Source of the DNA: Longimicrobiales bacterium
GTDB lineage: Bacteria > Gemmatimonadota > Gemmatimonadetes > Longimicrobiales > Gaopeijiaceae
NCBI GenBank assembly: GCA_965238005.1
Contig: OZ250165.1
Span: 576,001 to 640,000 of the forward strand
Length of the DNA stretch: 64,000 nucleotides
Direction: 5' to 3'
A program made the position numbers and the translations under genes. This document shows positions 1 to 9,777 of this stretch, one piece after another (position 1 is the first letter of the stretch; each line of letters starts with the position of its first letter). Below the pieces are notes generated by a model, which did not search any database, was not told the origin of the DNA, and saw nothing but the letters and a program-made list of their open reading frames with translations.

Positions 1-378
1 GTGTGTACGGAAAACTCGAACAGGAGTCAGATGGCGGAGGCGTTCGCTCGAATCCACGGCCAGGGGACCCTCCAGGCCTACTCGGCCGGCTCCCGACCCT
101 CCGGCAAGGTGAGCCTGCGCGCCGTGCGGGCTATGCGCGAGGTGGGGTACGACCTCTCCATCCATCGATCCAAGTCGGTCTCGGAGGTCCCTTCGGGTCC
201 CTACGACTTCGTGATCACGATGGGATGCGGCGACGACTGCCCCTACATACCCGCAGCCGAGCGGGACGACTGGGACCTAGCCGACCCTCGAGACATGTCG
301 CCGGGCGAGTTCAACGCGGTACGGGACGAGATCGAAGCCCGGGTCGAGAAGCTGTTGGAGAGAGTGACACCACACTAG
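1..378 (+). CDS. arsC: Arsenate reductase ArsC, LMW-PTP type (5' end probably cut by the window edge)
   Basis: P-loop CTENSNRSQMAE (C-x5-R), YSAGS, ITMGCGDDCP and DWDLADP motifs of thioredoxin-dependent ArsC. Confidence 0.85.
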   Translation: MCTENSNRSQMAEAFARIHGQGTLQAYSAGSRPSGKVSLRAVRAMREVGYDLSIHRSKSVSEVPSGPYDFVITMGCGDDCPYIPAAERDDWDLADPRDMSPGEFNAVRDEIEARVEKLLERVTPH

Positions 379-381
379 GCG

Positions 382-1500
382 CTAAGGAACGGCCCATCCC
401 GGTGCCAGCTCACGCACGGAGGCACCGGGACCGTCGGCCGATCCGACGGCGACGATCCCTCCCGGGGGCACCTCCCGGCGAACGTAGCCGAGAGCGATTC
501 CCCCTCCGTAGCGGGGCGAGTCCACGGCGCTCGTCACATGTCCCACCACGGCTCCCTCGTGGAAGAGCTCGGCATCGGTTCCGGGCGCGGGCCCGTCACC
601 CAAGTACAATCCTCGAAGGGTCTTGTTCGTGTGGCCGCGGTCACGAATCCGGATGATCACCTCCTGTCCCGTGTAGCATCCCTTGGAGTGGTCCACTGCC
701 CGGTCGACGATGCCGACCTCCGAGAGGATCTTGGATTCGTCCATGTCCTGGCCGAAGACAGGTCGCCCGGCCTCTACCCGAAGGGTGTCCCACACGCCGG
801 CCCCCACGGGCCTGACCCCTCGGTACAGGAGTTGATTCCACAGCTCCCGAGACCGCTCCTTCGACGTGAAGAGGTCCCACGCCGGAGTGTCGACATCCGA
901 AGTTTTGAGCATGCGCTCCCCTCCCTCCCCACTCACCAGATACTCATACTCTCCCAAGCTCTCCAGGGCGTCCGCCCCGCCATCCGAGGCGAGCAGCACC
1001 TCCCCCAGCACGGCGGCCGCCTCCGGTCCCAGCACCGAGAGAAGTGCCGCATCGTCGGATACGTCCTCGACAGCCGCGAGGCGGGGTGGGACGTAGCGTC
1101 GCAGGTTCGCCAGCAGCGGATCCAAAGCGGAAGCCGGCACATCCAACCAAAGGCTCTCCTCCTCCGGGCTCGGCCCCCACATGGCTCTTAGATCGGCGAC
1201 GACTCTTCCCTTGGGAGTTAGGACCGCCGAGTACTCCGCCATCCCCTTCACGGCACCTCCGGGCGACCCCGCCGGCGCACGGGGCATCCGGCCGGTGAGA
1301 ACGCCACTCAGGGTGTCGACGGGCGCCCGTCCCGTCACCAGGAGGCGAGATCTATGACTACGATCCCGCACGGCGACCCCGCTGACGGCCGAGGTATACT
1401 CCTCGGCCGGATCGCCATAATGTCGCGCGACCTCGACCCCTCGTACTCGGCCGAATAGGGCGCCCGCGTGCTCGTGATCCCCTCGCGAAGGCCCGCTCAT
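382..1500 (-). CDS. YgfZ/GcvT-family folate-binding aminomethyltransferase
   Basis: LTPKGRV, LRVEAGRP and the KGCYTGQE signature of the YgfZ family. Confidence 0.85.
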   Translation of the reverse strand: MSGPSRGDHEHAGALFGRVRGVEVARHYGDPAEEYTSAVSGVAVRDRSHRSRLLVTGRAPVDTLSGVLTGRMPRAPAGSPGGAVKGMAEYSAVLTPKGRVVADLRAMWGPSPEEESLWLDVPASALDPLLANLRRYVPPRLAAVEDVSDDAALLSVLGPEAAAVLGEVLLASDGGADALESLGEYEYLVSGEGGERMLKTSDVDTPAWDLFTSKERSRELWNQLLYRGVRPVGAGVWDTLRVEAGRPVFGQDMDESKILSEVGIVDRAVDHSKGCYTGQEVIIRIRDRGHTNKTLRGLYLGDGPAPGTDAELFHEGAVVGHVTSAVDSPRYGGGIALGYVRREVPPGGIVAVGSADGPGASVRELAPGWAVP

Positions 1501-1507
1501 CGATCGC

Positions 1508-2365
1508 TCACTCCTCGAGCTCGGGCGGTCCAGCGTCGCCCTCTCGCTCGAGCCGTCGCACCAGCGACCGGATGCGCGGCGCGTCGGCGGCCTGCGGAGC
1601 GAACTCCAGGTGCCGCTGGAGCTGCTCCTTCGCCTCGCTCGAACGGCCGAGCTTGACGAGCAGCATGCCGCGGTCGCGCCGCTCGCCGGGGGAGTCCGGG
1701 CGCAACAGCAACAGGCGCTCCACCACCGCCAGAGCTCGTTCGTCGTCGCGGACGTTCACGTACAAGCCCTTGAGGTTTACCAGGAGGCGGTGGATCATGT
1801 CCCGCTTCGTGGCAGATCGAAGGAACGCGTCCTGCATCCGGACCATCCCTCCGTACACCTGGTCCAGAAGCTCCTGAGCCTCGTCCTCGAAACGGATCCG
1901 TCCGTTGTCGAAGGGATCGATGAGGAGGTTCTGCGACGCGCCCCGATATCGGATGAGGAAGTGCCCCGGGAAGTTCACGCCCTCGAGGGGTAGCTCCAGA
2001 CGCCAACCCACCTCCAGGAGGGTGATCCCGAGGGTCAGCGGAATGCCGAGCCGGCGATCCAGAACATCGTTGAGAAAAGAGTTTCGAGGATCGTGGTAGG
2101 CTTCCTTGTTGCCGCGAAAGCCCTCGCGTTCGTACAGGGTGTGAATCAGCTCCCGCAGGACCACCGGACCCGCCGTCTCGTCGTCGAGGCGGTCCTTGGC
2201 GGCTTCCGCCAGGGCATCGAGGCGCATCACGTATCGCTCGACGGGGAGCTGTGGATACTCCTCCTGGGCGATCAGGAGGACCGCTCGGCCGAGCTCGAGG
2301 TCGCGCTCCGACTTCTGGACGGCCTCGTTGAGCAGGCCACGTGCAGATCGGGCTGGGGCACGCAT
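1508..2365 (-). CDS. SirB1/YchA-like transglutaminase-core protein with C-terminal TPR
   Basis: YHDPRNSFLNDVLDRRLGIPLTL and GVNFPGHFL motifs; C-terminal ERRDRGML TPR. Confidence 0.85.
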   Translation of the reverse strand: MRAPARSARGLLNEAVQKSERDLELGRAVLLIAQEEYPQLPVERYVMRLDALAEAAKDRLDDETAGPVVLRELIHTLYEREGFRGNKEAYHDPRNSFLNDVLDRRLGIPLTLGITLLEVGWRLELPLEGVNFPGHFLIRYRGASQNLLIDPFDNGRIRFEDEAQELLDQVYGGMVRMQDAFLRSATKRDMIHRLLVNLKGLYVNVRDDERALAVVERLLLLRPDSPGERRDRGMLLVKLGRSSEAKEQLQRHLEFAPQAADAPRIRSLVRRLEREGDAGPPELEE

Positions 2366-2484
2366 ACACGAATCTACCGTGTTTCCCCTCCAAGCGCCCT
2401 CGTTTACATTGGGCGCACCTTCGATCCGCGGATCGTCCGACGAGACCCTACATCCGGCACGGTGGATGCTAGATGGTGAGGCAG

Positions 2485-3543
2485 ATGTCTGAAGAGCCCA
2501 GGGATGAAAGGCCCAGGATCCGGCTGACCCAGCTGGCTCACGGAGCCGGTTGAGCCAGTAAGCTCGGCATGTCCGAGCTGGCGCAGGTCCTGCGTCACCT
2601 GGTCCCCATCGAGAGCGCTCAAGCGCTGGTGGACAGCTCCACCAGCGACGACGCCGCCGTGTACTCCCTCGGCGACGGTCGTGCCCTTGTGGTCACCGTG
2701 GACTTCTTCACCCCCTTGGTCGACGACCCGTACGACTTCGGGAGGATCGCCGCGGCCAACGCCCTGTCGGACATCTATGCCATGGGGGGGCGACCCCTCT
2801 TCGCGCTGAATCTGCTCGCGTTCCCCCGAGAGCTCCTGGGGGAGGGGGTCGTGGACGAGATCATCCGCGGAGGATCGGACATCGCTCGCGAAGCCGGGAT
2901 CCCCATCATGGGAGGCCACTCCGTGGACGACCCGGAGCCGAAGTACGGCATGGTGGTCGTGGGCGAGGCGCAGGAGGACGCCGTAGTGACGAACGCCGAG
3001 GCCCAGGCCGGTGAGGTCCTGGTGCTCACGAAGGCCATCGGTACCGGGATCGTCGCCACCGCCATCAAGGCCGAGGCGGCTCCACCAGCGGCGGTGAGCG
3101 CCGCCATCGCCAGCATGAGCACCCTCAATCGGGGTGCTGCCGAGGCGATGGTGCGGGCCGGCATCAGAGCCGCGACCGACGTTTCGGGCTACGGCCTCCT
3201 GGGGCACCTGGCCAACCTGCTCACCCAATCCGCTGCCGCCGCTGAAGTCGAGGGCGCCTCGGTTCCCGTCCTTCCGGGAGTCGAAGAGCTCATCGCCCAG
3301 GGGCACGTCCCGGGCGGCACACGGCGGAACCTGCAGGATCTGGGGGATAGCGTCGACTTCGGCGGTAGCGACGAGACCCGGCGCCTCACCCTGGCCGATG
3401 CCCAGACCTCGGGAGGCATGCTGATCTCGGTGCCGGAGGACCGCGTCCAGGAGCTTCTGGACGACCTGCAAGAAGAGGCCCCCGCCGCCACTGTCATCGG
3501 CCGTGTCACTGCAGGGGCTCCGGGGACCATTAAGATCCTCTGA
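2485..3543 (+). CDS. selD: Selenide, water dikinase SelD, selenocysteine form (UGA at 2551-2553)
   Basis: ATG at 2485 reads MSEEPRDERPRIRLTQLAHGAG-TGA-ASKLGMSEL, in frame with ORF 2569..3543 (DDAAVY, TVDFFTP, ANALSDIYAMGG, DAQTSGG). The TGA sits at the catalytic Cys/Sec position. Confidence 0.92.
2554..2582 (+). promoter_or_regulatory. Candidate bacterial SECIS hairpin of selD
   Basis: AGCTCGG (2561-2567) pairs with CCGAGCT (2573-2579) around a CAUGU loop; GCC/GGC extends the lower stem. It starts immediately 3' of the UGA. Confidence 0.7.
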
Positions 3544-3610
3544 GCCGGCCTCGGGGCCCGCGGCCGCCGGAGCGGCGACCTTCGTAGGCCGGACGTCTGC
3601 AGCGCCCTAA

Positions 3611-3659
3611 GGCGCCCCAGCCCTCTTAGTGGCTCGCGAACTTTGGCAACGGAACACTA
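3611..3659 (-). repeat. MITE family A, partial copy (left end); its terminal TAG is the lon stop codon
   Basis: Reverse complement reads TAGTGTTCCGTTGCCAAAGTTCGCGAGCCACTAAGAGGG, matching the copy starting at 11431. Confidence 0.85.
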
Positions 3660-6206
3660 GGTAGTGGCCTTCGCCCTTGCGCGCCGCTTGGTCTTGCCCG
3701 GCTTCTTCGCCGGAGGAGAATCGTCGTCCGTGAAAGCGATGCCGATCACCTGGTCGAGATCCTCCACCAGGTGGATGGTAAGCTTTTCCCTCACCTCGGG
3801 CTGGAGATCCTCGAGGTCGGCCTCGTTGTCGCAGGGCAGGATGATCTCGTTGATCCCCGCACGGATGGCGCCCAGCAGCTTCTCCTTGACCCCTCCGATG
3901 GGGAGAACGCGTCCGGTCAGGGTGAGCTCACCGGTCATGGCCACGTCTCTCCGTATCTTCCGGCCCGAGAGCGCCGACACCAGGGCGCTGGCCATGGTGA
4001 TCCCGGCGGACGGCCCGTCCTTGGGAACCGCGCCGGCCGGAACATGGATATGGAGCTCACGGCCCTTCAGAGCATTCTCGGGGATTCCCAGCCGGTCGTG
4101 GTTGCTCTTGGCGTAGCTCCAGGCGGCCCGGCCCGACTCCTTCATCACGTCGCCTAGCTGGCCGGTGAGAACCAGGCCGCCCTCGCCGGCCATGACGCTG
4201 GCCTCCACGAACATGATGTCGCCCCCCATGGGGGTGTAGAACATGCCAGTGGCCACACCCATTGTGTCGGCGGTGGCCATCTGCTCGGGGTGCACGCGCG
4301 GTCGTCCAATCAGGTCGCGGATCACATCCCGGGTAACACGCAGGCTGTCCACCTCACCGGCAGCGATCTTACGAGCGACCTTGCGCCCGAGCTTGCCCAG
4401 CTCCCTCTCGAGCTGCCGCACACCCGCTTCACGCGTGTACTCCTGGATGATCACTAGAATCGACTTGTCGTCCAGGATCAGCTCGCCGTCCCTGAGGCCG
4501 TTCTCCCGCTCCTGGCGTGGGAGCAGATAACGCTTCGCGATCTCGAGCTTCTCGGCCTCGGTGTAACCGGAGAAGTCCACCTTCTCCATGCGATCATAGA
4601 GAGGAGCCGGAATCCGGTCCGAATAGTTCGCCGTGGCGATGAAGAGCACCTCGGAGAGATCGAAGGAGATCCCCAGGTAGTGATCCGTGAAGCTCGAGTT
4701 CTGGGCCGGATCCAGAACCTCGAGGAGCGCGGCGCTGGGGTCTCCCTGGAAAGACACGCCGAGCTTGTCCACCTCGTCGAGGAGGAAAACAGGGTTCTTC
4801 GACTTCGCCTGTCGCATGCCCTGGATGATCCGCCCGGGCATGGCACCGACATACGTGCGCCTATGCCCTCGGATGTCCGCCTCGTCCCTGGCGCCGCCCA
4901 GAGATATGCGCACGTACTCGCGTCCCAGCGAGCGAGCGATGGACTGGGCGATGCTGGTCTTGCCGACCCCGGGGGGGCCCACGAACAGGAGGATGGGCCC
5001 GCGGCCACCCACCGGCCCATTGTCTGCGTGGGCGGTGCCCTCCTCGGCCTCTTCTGGCTCCGCCGCACCATTGGATCCCTCGACGACCTCGACGTCCGCC
5101 TCGGCTTCGGTCTCCTCGTCTTCAGTGTCTTCAGTCTCCTCGTCTTCGGCCTCCTCGGCGGCGTCCTCTCCGATGCGCTCCAGCTGGAGCTTGCGGACAG
5201 CCAGGAACTCCAGGACGCGATCCTTCACATCCTCTAGGCCGTAGTGGTCGTCGTCGAGGATCTCCTGGGACAGTGCCAGGTCGATCTTGTCCTCCGACCG
5301 GATGTTCCAGGGAAGCTCCGTCACCCACTCCAGAAAGGTCCGGATGACCTGGTACTCCGCGGACTGGGGGCTCGTGCGCTCCAACCTCTTGAGCTCGCGC
5401 TCCACCTCGGTCTGCTGCTCCTCGCTCAGCTCGAGCGCCTCCACCCGCTCCCGGAGGTCCTCCACGTCGTCCCGCTCGTCCTCGTCACCGAGCTCGCGCT
5501 GGATCTGCTTGAGCTGCTCCCTCAGCAGCATCTCGCGCTGCCGCTCACCCAGCTCTTCCTGGACCCTCGCCTGGATCTCCTCTTGGGCGTCGAGGCGAGC
5601 GAGCTCGCGCTCCACGGCCACAAGGGCGGCCCGCATGCGTTCCTCGTCGTCCAGCGTCTCGAGGAGAGCCTGTTTATCCTCGGTGGGGAGCTCGAGATAA
5701 AACGCCACCAGGTCCGCGAAGGCGCCCGGCTCATCCACCCCTTGGATCAGCTGGTTGAGCGCCTCCGCCGGTACCCCCCGCCGGGTCCCGAGCTCTGCGG
5801 CGCGCTCCCGCAGCTCCCGGTTGAGGGCCTGGAAGGCCGGATCTTCCGTGTCGGTATTGGCCTGCCGGTCCATCTCCAGCAGGACCGCCCGTAGCATCTC
5901 CTCACCGTCGGACTGATAGGAGAGGGCCTGCGCTCGGCCCTCACCCTGCACAAGGAGCTGGACGCCGCCTCGGACTCTGTGGGTCTGGATGATCCGCACC
6001 ACCGTCCCGACGGTGTAGAGCACCTCGGGGACGGGGTCGTCCACGTTCTCTCGCTGAGCCACCGCGAAAAGTCGCCGGTCTCCGTCGAGGGCATCCTGTA
6101 CGGCTTCCACCGTACCGGGGCGTCCGGCTGATATCGGGACGGCTACTCCGGGATAGACGACCGTGTCGCGTAGCGCCAGGACCGGAAGTGTGTATCGGTC
6201 ACCCAT
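3657..6206 (-). CDS. lon: ATP-dependent Lon protease (endopeptidase La)
   Basis: N-terminal LON domain, Walker A GPPGVGKT, RRTYVGAMPG, catalytic PKDGPSAG and PIGGVKEK. Confidence 0.97.
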   Translation of the reverse strand: MGDRYTLPVLALRDTVVYPGVAVPISAGRPGTVEAVQDALDGDRRLFAVAQRENVDDPVPEVLYTVGTVVRIIQTHRVRGGVQLLVQGEGRAQALSYQSDGEEMLRAVLLEMDRQANTDTEDPAFQALNRELRERAAELGTRRGVPAEALNQLIQGVDEPGAFADLVAFYLELPTEDKQALLETLDDEERMRAALVAVERELARLDAQEEIQARVQEELGERQREMLLREQLKQIQRELGDEDERDDVEDLRERVEALELSEEQQTEVERELKRLERTSPQSAEYQVIRTFLEWVTELPWNIRSEDKIDLALSQEILDDDHYGLEDVKDRVLEFLAVRKLQLERIGEDAAEEAEDEETEDTEDEETEAEADVEVVEGSNGAAEPEEAEEGTAHADNGPVGGRGPILLFVGPPGVGKTSIAQSIARSLGREYVRISLGGARDEADIRGHRRTYVGAMPGRIIQGMRQAKSKNPVFLLDEVDKLGVSFQGDPSAALLEVLDPAQNSSFTDHYLGISFDLSEVLFIATANYSDRIPAPLYDRMEKVDFSGYTEAEKLEIAKRYLLPRQERENGLRDGELILDDKSILVIIQEYTREAGVRQLERELGKLGRKVARKIAAGEVDSLRVTRDVIRDLIGRPRVHPEQMATADTMGVATGMFYTPMGGDIMFVEASVMAGEGGLVLTGQLGDVMKESGRAAWSYAKSNHDRLGIPENALKGRELHIHVPAGAVPKDGPSAGITMASALVSALSGRKIRRDVAMTGELTLTGRVLPIGGVKEKLLGAIRAGINEIILPCDNEADLEDLQPEVREKLTIHLVEDLDQVIGIAFTDDDSPPAKKPGKTKRRARAKATT

Positions 6207-6349
6207 GATTCCTCACTTCGAACGCCCTCGGACTCCTCGAACAAGCCCGAGGCCGTGAGATCGCACGTAAGTAAATGTCGCCCCGACCCCTCTCCGGGGC
6301 CACTTCCGGGAAGGCGCGGAGCCAAGTTACCTTCAGAATTGACCCCCCT

Positions 6350-6365
6350 TGCACGAATCCTGCCA
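6350..6365 (-). promoter_or_regulatory. Possible sigma-54 (-24/-12) promoter for lon
   Basis: Minus strand TGGCAGGATTCGTGCA has GG-N10-GC spacing, ~145 bp upstream of lon. Confidence 0.4.
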
Positions 6366-6491
6366 GTCCCTGAGCGCGAAAACATGCCGGAGTTGCAGTC
6401 CCCCTGTCATAATGTCTGCCTTTTTTGGCACGACCACAGCGCTTAGGTTTTCCGCACCCCCCTGGTCACGCTTCTCTCCCCGGGTCCGGCA

Positions 6492-7112
6492 ATGCTCGAA
6501 GGCATCACCTGGTTCAGGCAATCGTCGGTTCGGATTCGCCGGGGCGGGATCGAGCTGCACATCGATCCCTGGGGAGTATCGGAACAGAGCGTCGCGGACT
6601 ACATCCTTCTCACCCATCCCCACTACGACAACTTCTCCGAAGACGACATCGCCCGGGTCCGTGGGCCCGGCACCATCGTCATCGCTCCTGCCTCCATGCG
6701 AAAGCAGCTCGCCGACGTGGACCACCTCATTCGGCCGGGCGACATGGTCCATCTGGACAGCATCGAGATCCTGGCCGTTCCGGCGTACAACCGAGTGAAG
6801 AAGTTCCACCCCTCCGAGAACGCCTGGCTGGGATACGTATTCACCCTGGACGGCATTACGTACTATCACTCCGGTGATACGGATTTCCTCGACGCCATGA
6901 ACCAGATCCGGTGCGACGTGGCCTTCCTCCCCTGTGGGGGCCACTATACGATGGGTCCCGAAGACGCGGCCCGGGCCGCCGAGGCGTGCAAGGCGGAGCT
7001 CGTGGTTCCCGTGCACTGGGGAGGTCCCGTCGGAACCCGAGAAGACGCGGATCGCCTGAAGGAGCTCTTCGACGGAGAAGTAGCGATCCTCGAGCCGGGC
7101 ATGCCAAGCTGA
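6492..7112 (+). CDS. MBL-fold metallo-hydrolase (UlaG/beta-lactamase superfamily)
   Basis: THPHYDN, YHSGDT and VVPVHWG motifs. Confidence 0.85.
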   Translation: MLEGITWFRQSSVRIRRGGIELHIDPWGVSEQSVADYILLTHPHYDNFSEDDIARVRGPGTIVIAPASMRKQLADVDHLIRPGDMVHLDSIEILAVPAYNRVKKFHPSENAWLGYVFTLDGITYYHSGDTDFLDAMNQIRCDVAFLPCGGHYTMGPEDAARAAEACKAELVVPVHWGGPVGTREDADRLKELFDGEVAILEPGMPS

Positions 7113-7158
7113 GATATCGGATTCCGCGGCCCAGCGTCATGATCATGGAGGGAACCAC

Positions 7159-8826
7159 ATGGCCCGTGCCGGACCCATTCTCAACATGGGGCTCAGCGCA
7201 GTCCTGGTCGTGGCAAGCTCTGCGAGCGCACAGGTGACACCGACCAGCCTGGCGGGCCGATCCACGGTCTACGCCCCGACAGAGGCCGTGGCCACCAGTC
7301 AGCGACTCGCCAGCAGCGCCGGGCTGGAGATGCTCCAGAAGGGTGGGAACGCCGTCGACGCGGCAGTGGCGGCCGCGGCCGTCCTCAACGTGACCGAGCC
7401 CCATATGACCGGGATCGGCGGGGACATGTTCGCCATCCTGTGGTCGGCCAGAGATCAGGAGCTCGTGGGCCTGGACGCCAGCGGAAGGTCCGGCTCGCTG
7501 CTGACCCACGAGGCTCTCCGTGCCCGAGGGTACGAAGAGATGCCCGTTGACGGGCCGGAGGCGGTGACCGTTCCGGGGGCCTTATCGGGGTGGGTCGCGC
7601 TCCTGGAGCGCTACGGCACCAAGTCCCTGGCCGAGGTGCTGGCGCCGGCGATTCGGATCGCCGAGGAGGGCTACCCGGTAACCCCCATCATCGCCGGCCA
7701 GTGGCGTGGCCAGGAGGACAAGCTCGCCCGGGACGAGGGAGCCAAGGCCACCTTCCTGTATGACGGCGAGCGAGGACCGCAAGCCGGTGAGTGGTTCCGC
7801 AATCCCGGCCTCGCGAACAGCTTCCGCATGCTCGCCGAGCAGGGCCCGGGCGTCTTCTACGGAGGAGAGTTGGGGCGCACCGTCGTCGATGGCCTGGCAG
7901 AGCTCGGTGGTTACCTGACCCTGGACGATCTCCGTGAGCACCAGGCTGTCTGGATCGATCCCATCTCGATCGACTTCCGAGGGTACACGATCTGGGAGCT
8001 TCCCCCAGCGGGTCAGGGAGTCGCGGTCCTCCAGATGATGAAGATGATGGAGCCCTTGGACCTCGAGGGTATGGGCCACAACTCCGCCGCCTACCTCCAC
8101 CACCTCATCGAGGCCAAGAAGGTCGCCTTCGCGGATCTGCAGCGGTACGTGGCGGACCGGGACTACATGGACGTGTCGGTGGAGCGGCTCCTCGACGAGG
8201 ATTACCTGGCCGCGCGCAGGGCCCTCATCGATCCCAACGAAGCGGTGGAGAGGGCGCAGCCCGGTCCCGCGATCACGGACACCGAGACCATCTACCTGTC
8301 GGCCGGCGACTCCGACGGGAACATGATCTCGTTCATCAACAGCGTCTTCGACTCCTTCGGCTCGGGGATCGTCGTCCCCGGCACCGGCTTCGTCCTCCAG
8401 AACCGGGGTGGCGGCTTCACTCTGGAGGACGGGCACCCCAACCAGGCTGGCCCCGGCAAGCGGCCCTTCCACACGTTGATTCCCGGCTTCGTCACCAAGG
8501 AGGGCGCTCCCTGGATGACCTTCGGCCTCATGGGGGGATCGATGCAGCCCCAGGGTCACACCCAGATGCTGCTCAACATCCTCGTGTTCGGGATGGACCT
8601 TCAGGATGCCATCGACGCCACACGCTTCCGCCATCGGTCGGGATACCAGGTCGCCATCGAGAGCCCGATCGGCGAAGAGGTCCGAGCCGGACTCACGGCG
8701 CTGGGTCACGAGCTCACGGTTGAGGGACCCTCGAGCTTCGGCGGAGCCCAGGCCATCATCAGGCTCGACAAGGGCTGGGCCGCCGGCTCCGACCCGAGAA
8801 AGGACGGGATGGCCGTCGGTCGCTGA
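7159..8826 (+). CDS. ggt: Gamma-glutamyltransferase with signal peptide
   Basis: GGNAVDAAVA, TGIGGD, ETIYLS (Thr nucleophile), KRPFHT, GGSMQPQG, SDPRKDG. Confidence 0.93.
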   Translation: MARAGPILNMGLSAVLVVASSASAQVTPTSLAGRSTVYAPTEAVATSQRLASSAGLEMLQKGGNAVDAAVAAAAVLNVTEPHMTGIGGDMFAILWSARDQELVGLDASGRSGSLLTHEALRARGYEEMPVDGPEAVTVPGALSGWVALLERYGTKSLAEVLAPAIRIAEEGYPVTPIIAGQWRGQEDKLARDEGAKATFLYDGERGPQAGEWFRNPGLANSFRMLAEQGPGVFYGGELGRTVVDGLAELGGYLTLDDLREHQAVWIDPISIDFRGYTIWELPPAGQGVAVLQMMKMMEPLDLEGMGHNSAAYLHHLIEAKKVAFADLQRYVADRDYMDVSVERLLDEDYLAARRALIDPNEAVERAQPGPAITDTETIYLSAGDSDGNMISFINSVFDSFGSGIVVPGTGFVLQNRGGGFTLEDGHPNQAGPGKRPFHTLIPGFVTKEGAPWMTFGLMGGSMQPQGHTQMLLNILVFGMDLQDAIDATRFRHRSGYQVAIESPIGEEVRAGLTALGHELTVEGPSSFGGAQAIIRLDKGWAAGSDPRKDGMAVGR

Positions 8827-9681
8827 ATGGACGACTCTGATTTCGTTGTTCCGGAGAACCAACTACCGAGGGGGATCGCCGAGAAGATCGACGATCCCCC
8901 TTTGAGCCCCGCTCCGGCCCGTCCAGCGGCCACGGTGGTTCTCATGCGGGACGCGGCCGAGGGCGTCGAAGTCCTGCTCCTGAAGCGTGTCCACAGCGCG
9001 GGCTTCGTGCCGGGGGCGTACGTTTTCCCCGGCGGACGGGTCGACGCGGAGGACGCGGACGCCGTCGTCATGAGCCGGACGGCAAGGCTCACCATGGAAG
9101 GGGCGGCGGAGCGGATGAGACTCCGCGACGCGAGCCCACCGGCCGCCGCCTACTACCTGGCTGCTCTCAGGGAGGCGTTCGAGGAGACCGGCATTCTGGT
9201 AGGCCGTAGTGCCAGCGGCGACCGGTTGCCCACCGCCGCGGCCTCCTCGAGCGTTCGCGAGGTCCGGGACCGCCTCCTGGATGAGGCATGCTCCTTCGCG
9301 CAGGCTCTGGAGGATCTCGATGCGCTCATCGACGACGCGGTCATGGAATACATCGGCCACTGGATCACTCCGATAGCCGAGCCCCGGCGCTACGACGCAC
9401 GTTTCTTCGCTGCGGCGGTGGCGCCCGGGTCGGAGCCCGCCATCCACACCGCCGAGATGCTGGAAGCGATCTGGATCACCCCTGCGGGGGCGCTGGACCG
9501 GACCAGAGAGGGCTTGCTTCCCATGGTGTTCCCCACCATCAAGACGCTGGAGTCGCTGACGGATTTCGGCACCACCTCCGAGGTCCTGGAAGAGTTCCGC
9601 GGGCGCTCCATACCGAGCGTACTGCCGCGTCTGATCCGTACCCGTGACGGAATTGGTCTGAGGATCCCGGGGACCATCTAG
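8827..9681 (+). CDS. NUDIX hydrolase (NUDT19-like)
   Basis: FPGGRVD, ALREAFEETG, WITP...RRYDARFF. Confidence 0.88.
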   Translation: MDDSDFVVPENQLPRGIAEKIDDPPLSPAPARPAATVVLMRDAAEGVEVLLLKRVHSAGFVPGAYVFPGGRVDAEDADAVVMSRTARLTMEGAAERMRLRDASPPAAAYYLAALREAFEETGILVGRSASGDRLPTAAASSSVREVRDRLLDEACSFAQALEDLDALIDDAVMEYIGHWITPIAEPRRYDARFFAAAVAPGSEPAIHTAEMLEAIWITPAGALDRTREGLLPMVFPTIKTLESLTDFGTTSEVLEEFRGRSIPSVLPRLIRTRDGIGLRIPGTI

Positions 9682-9743
9682 TGTTCCGTTGCACGGATGC
9701 ACCTGCCCTCGACTGGCCGGGACACTTTGGCAGCGGGACACTG
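9679..9743 (+). repeat. MITE family A, internally deleted copy (both ends); supplies the NUDIX stop codon
   Basis: TAGTGTTCCGTTG is joined directly to CACGGATGCACCTGCCCTCGACTGGCCGGGACACTTTGGCAGCGGGACAC, the right arm of 11431..11596. Confidence 0.85.
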
Positions 9744-9777
9744 GGACCCGAGCGACAAGTCGTGGACTCCACCGACG

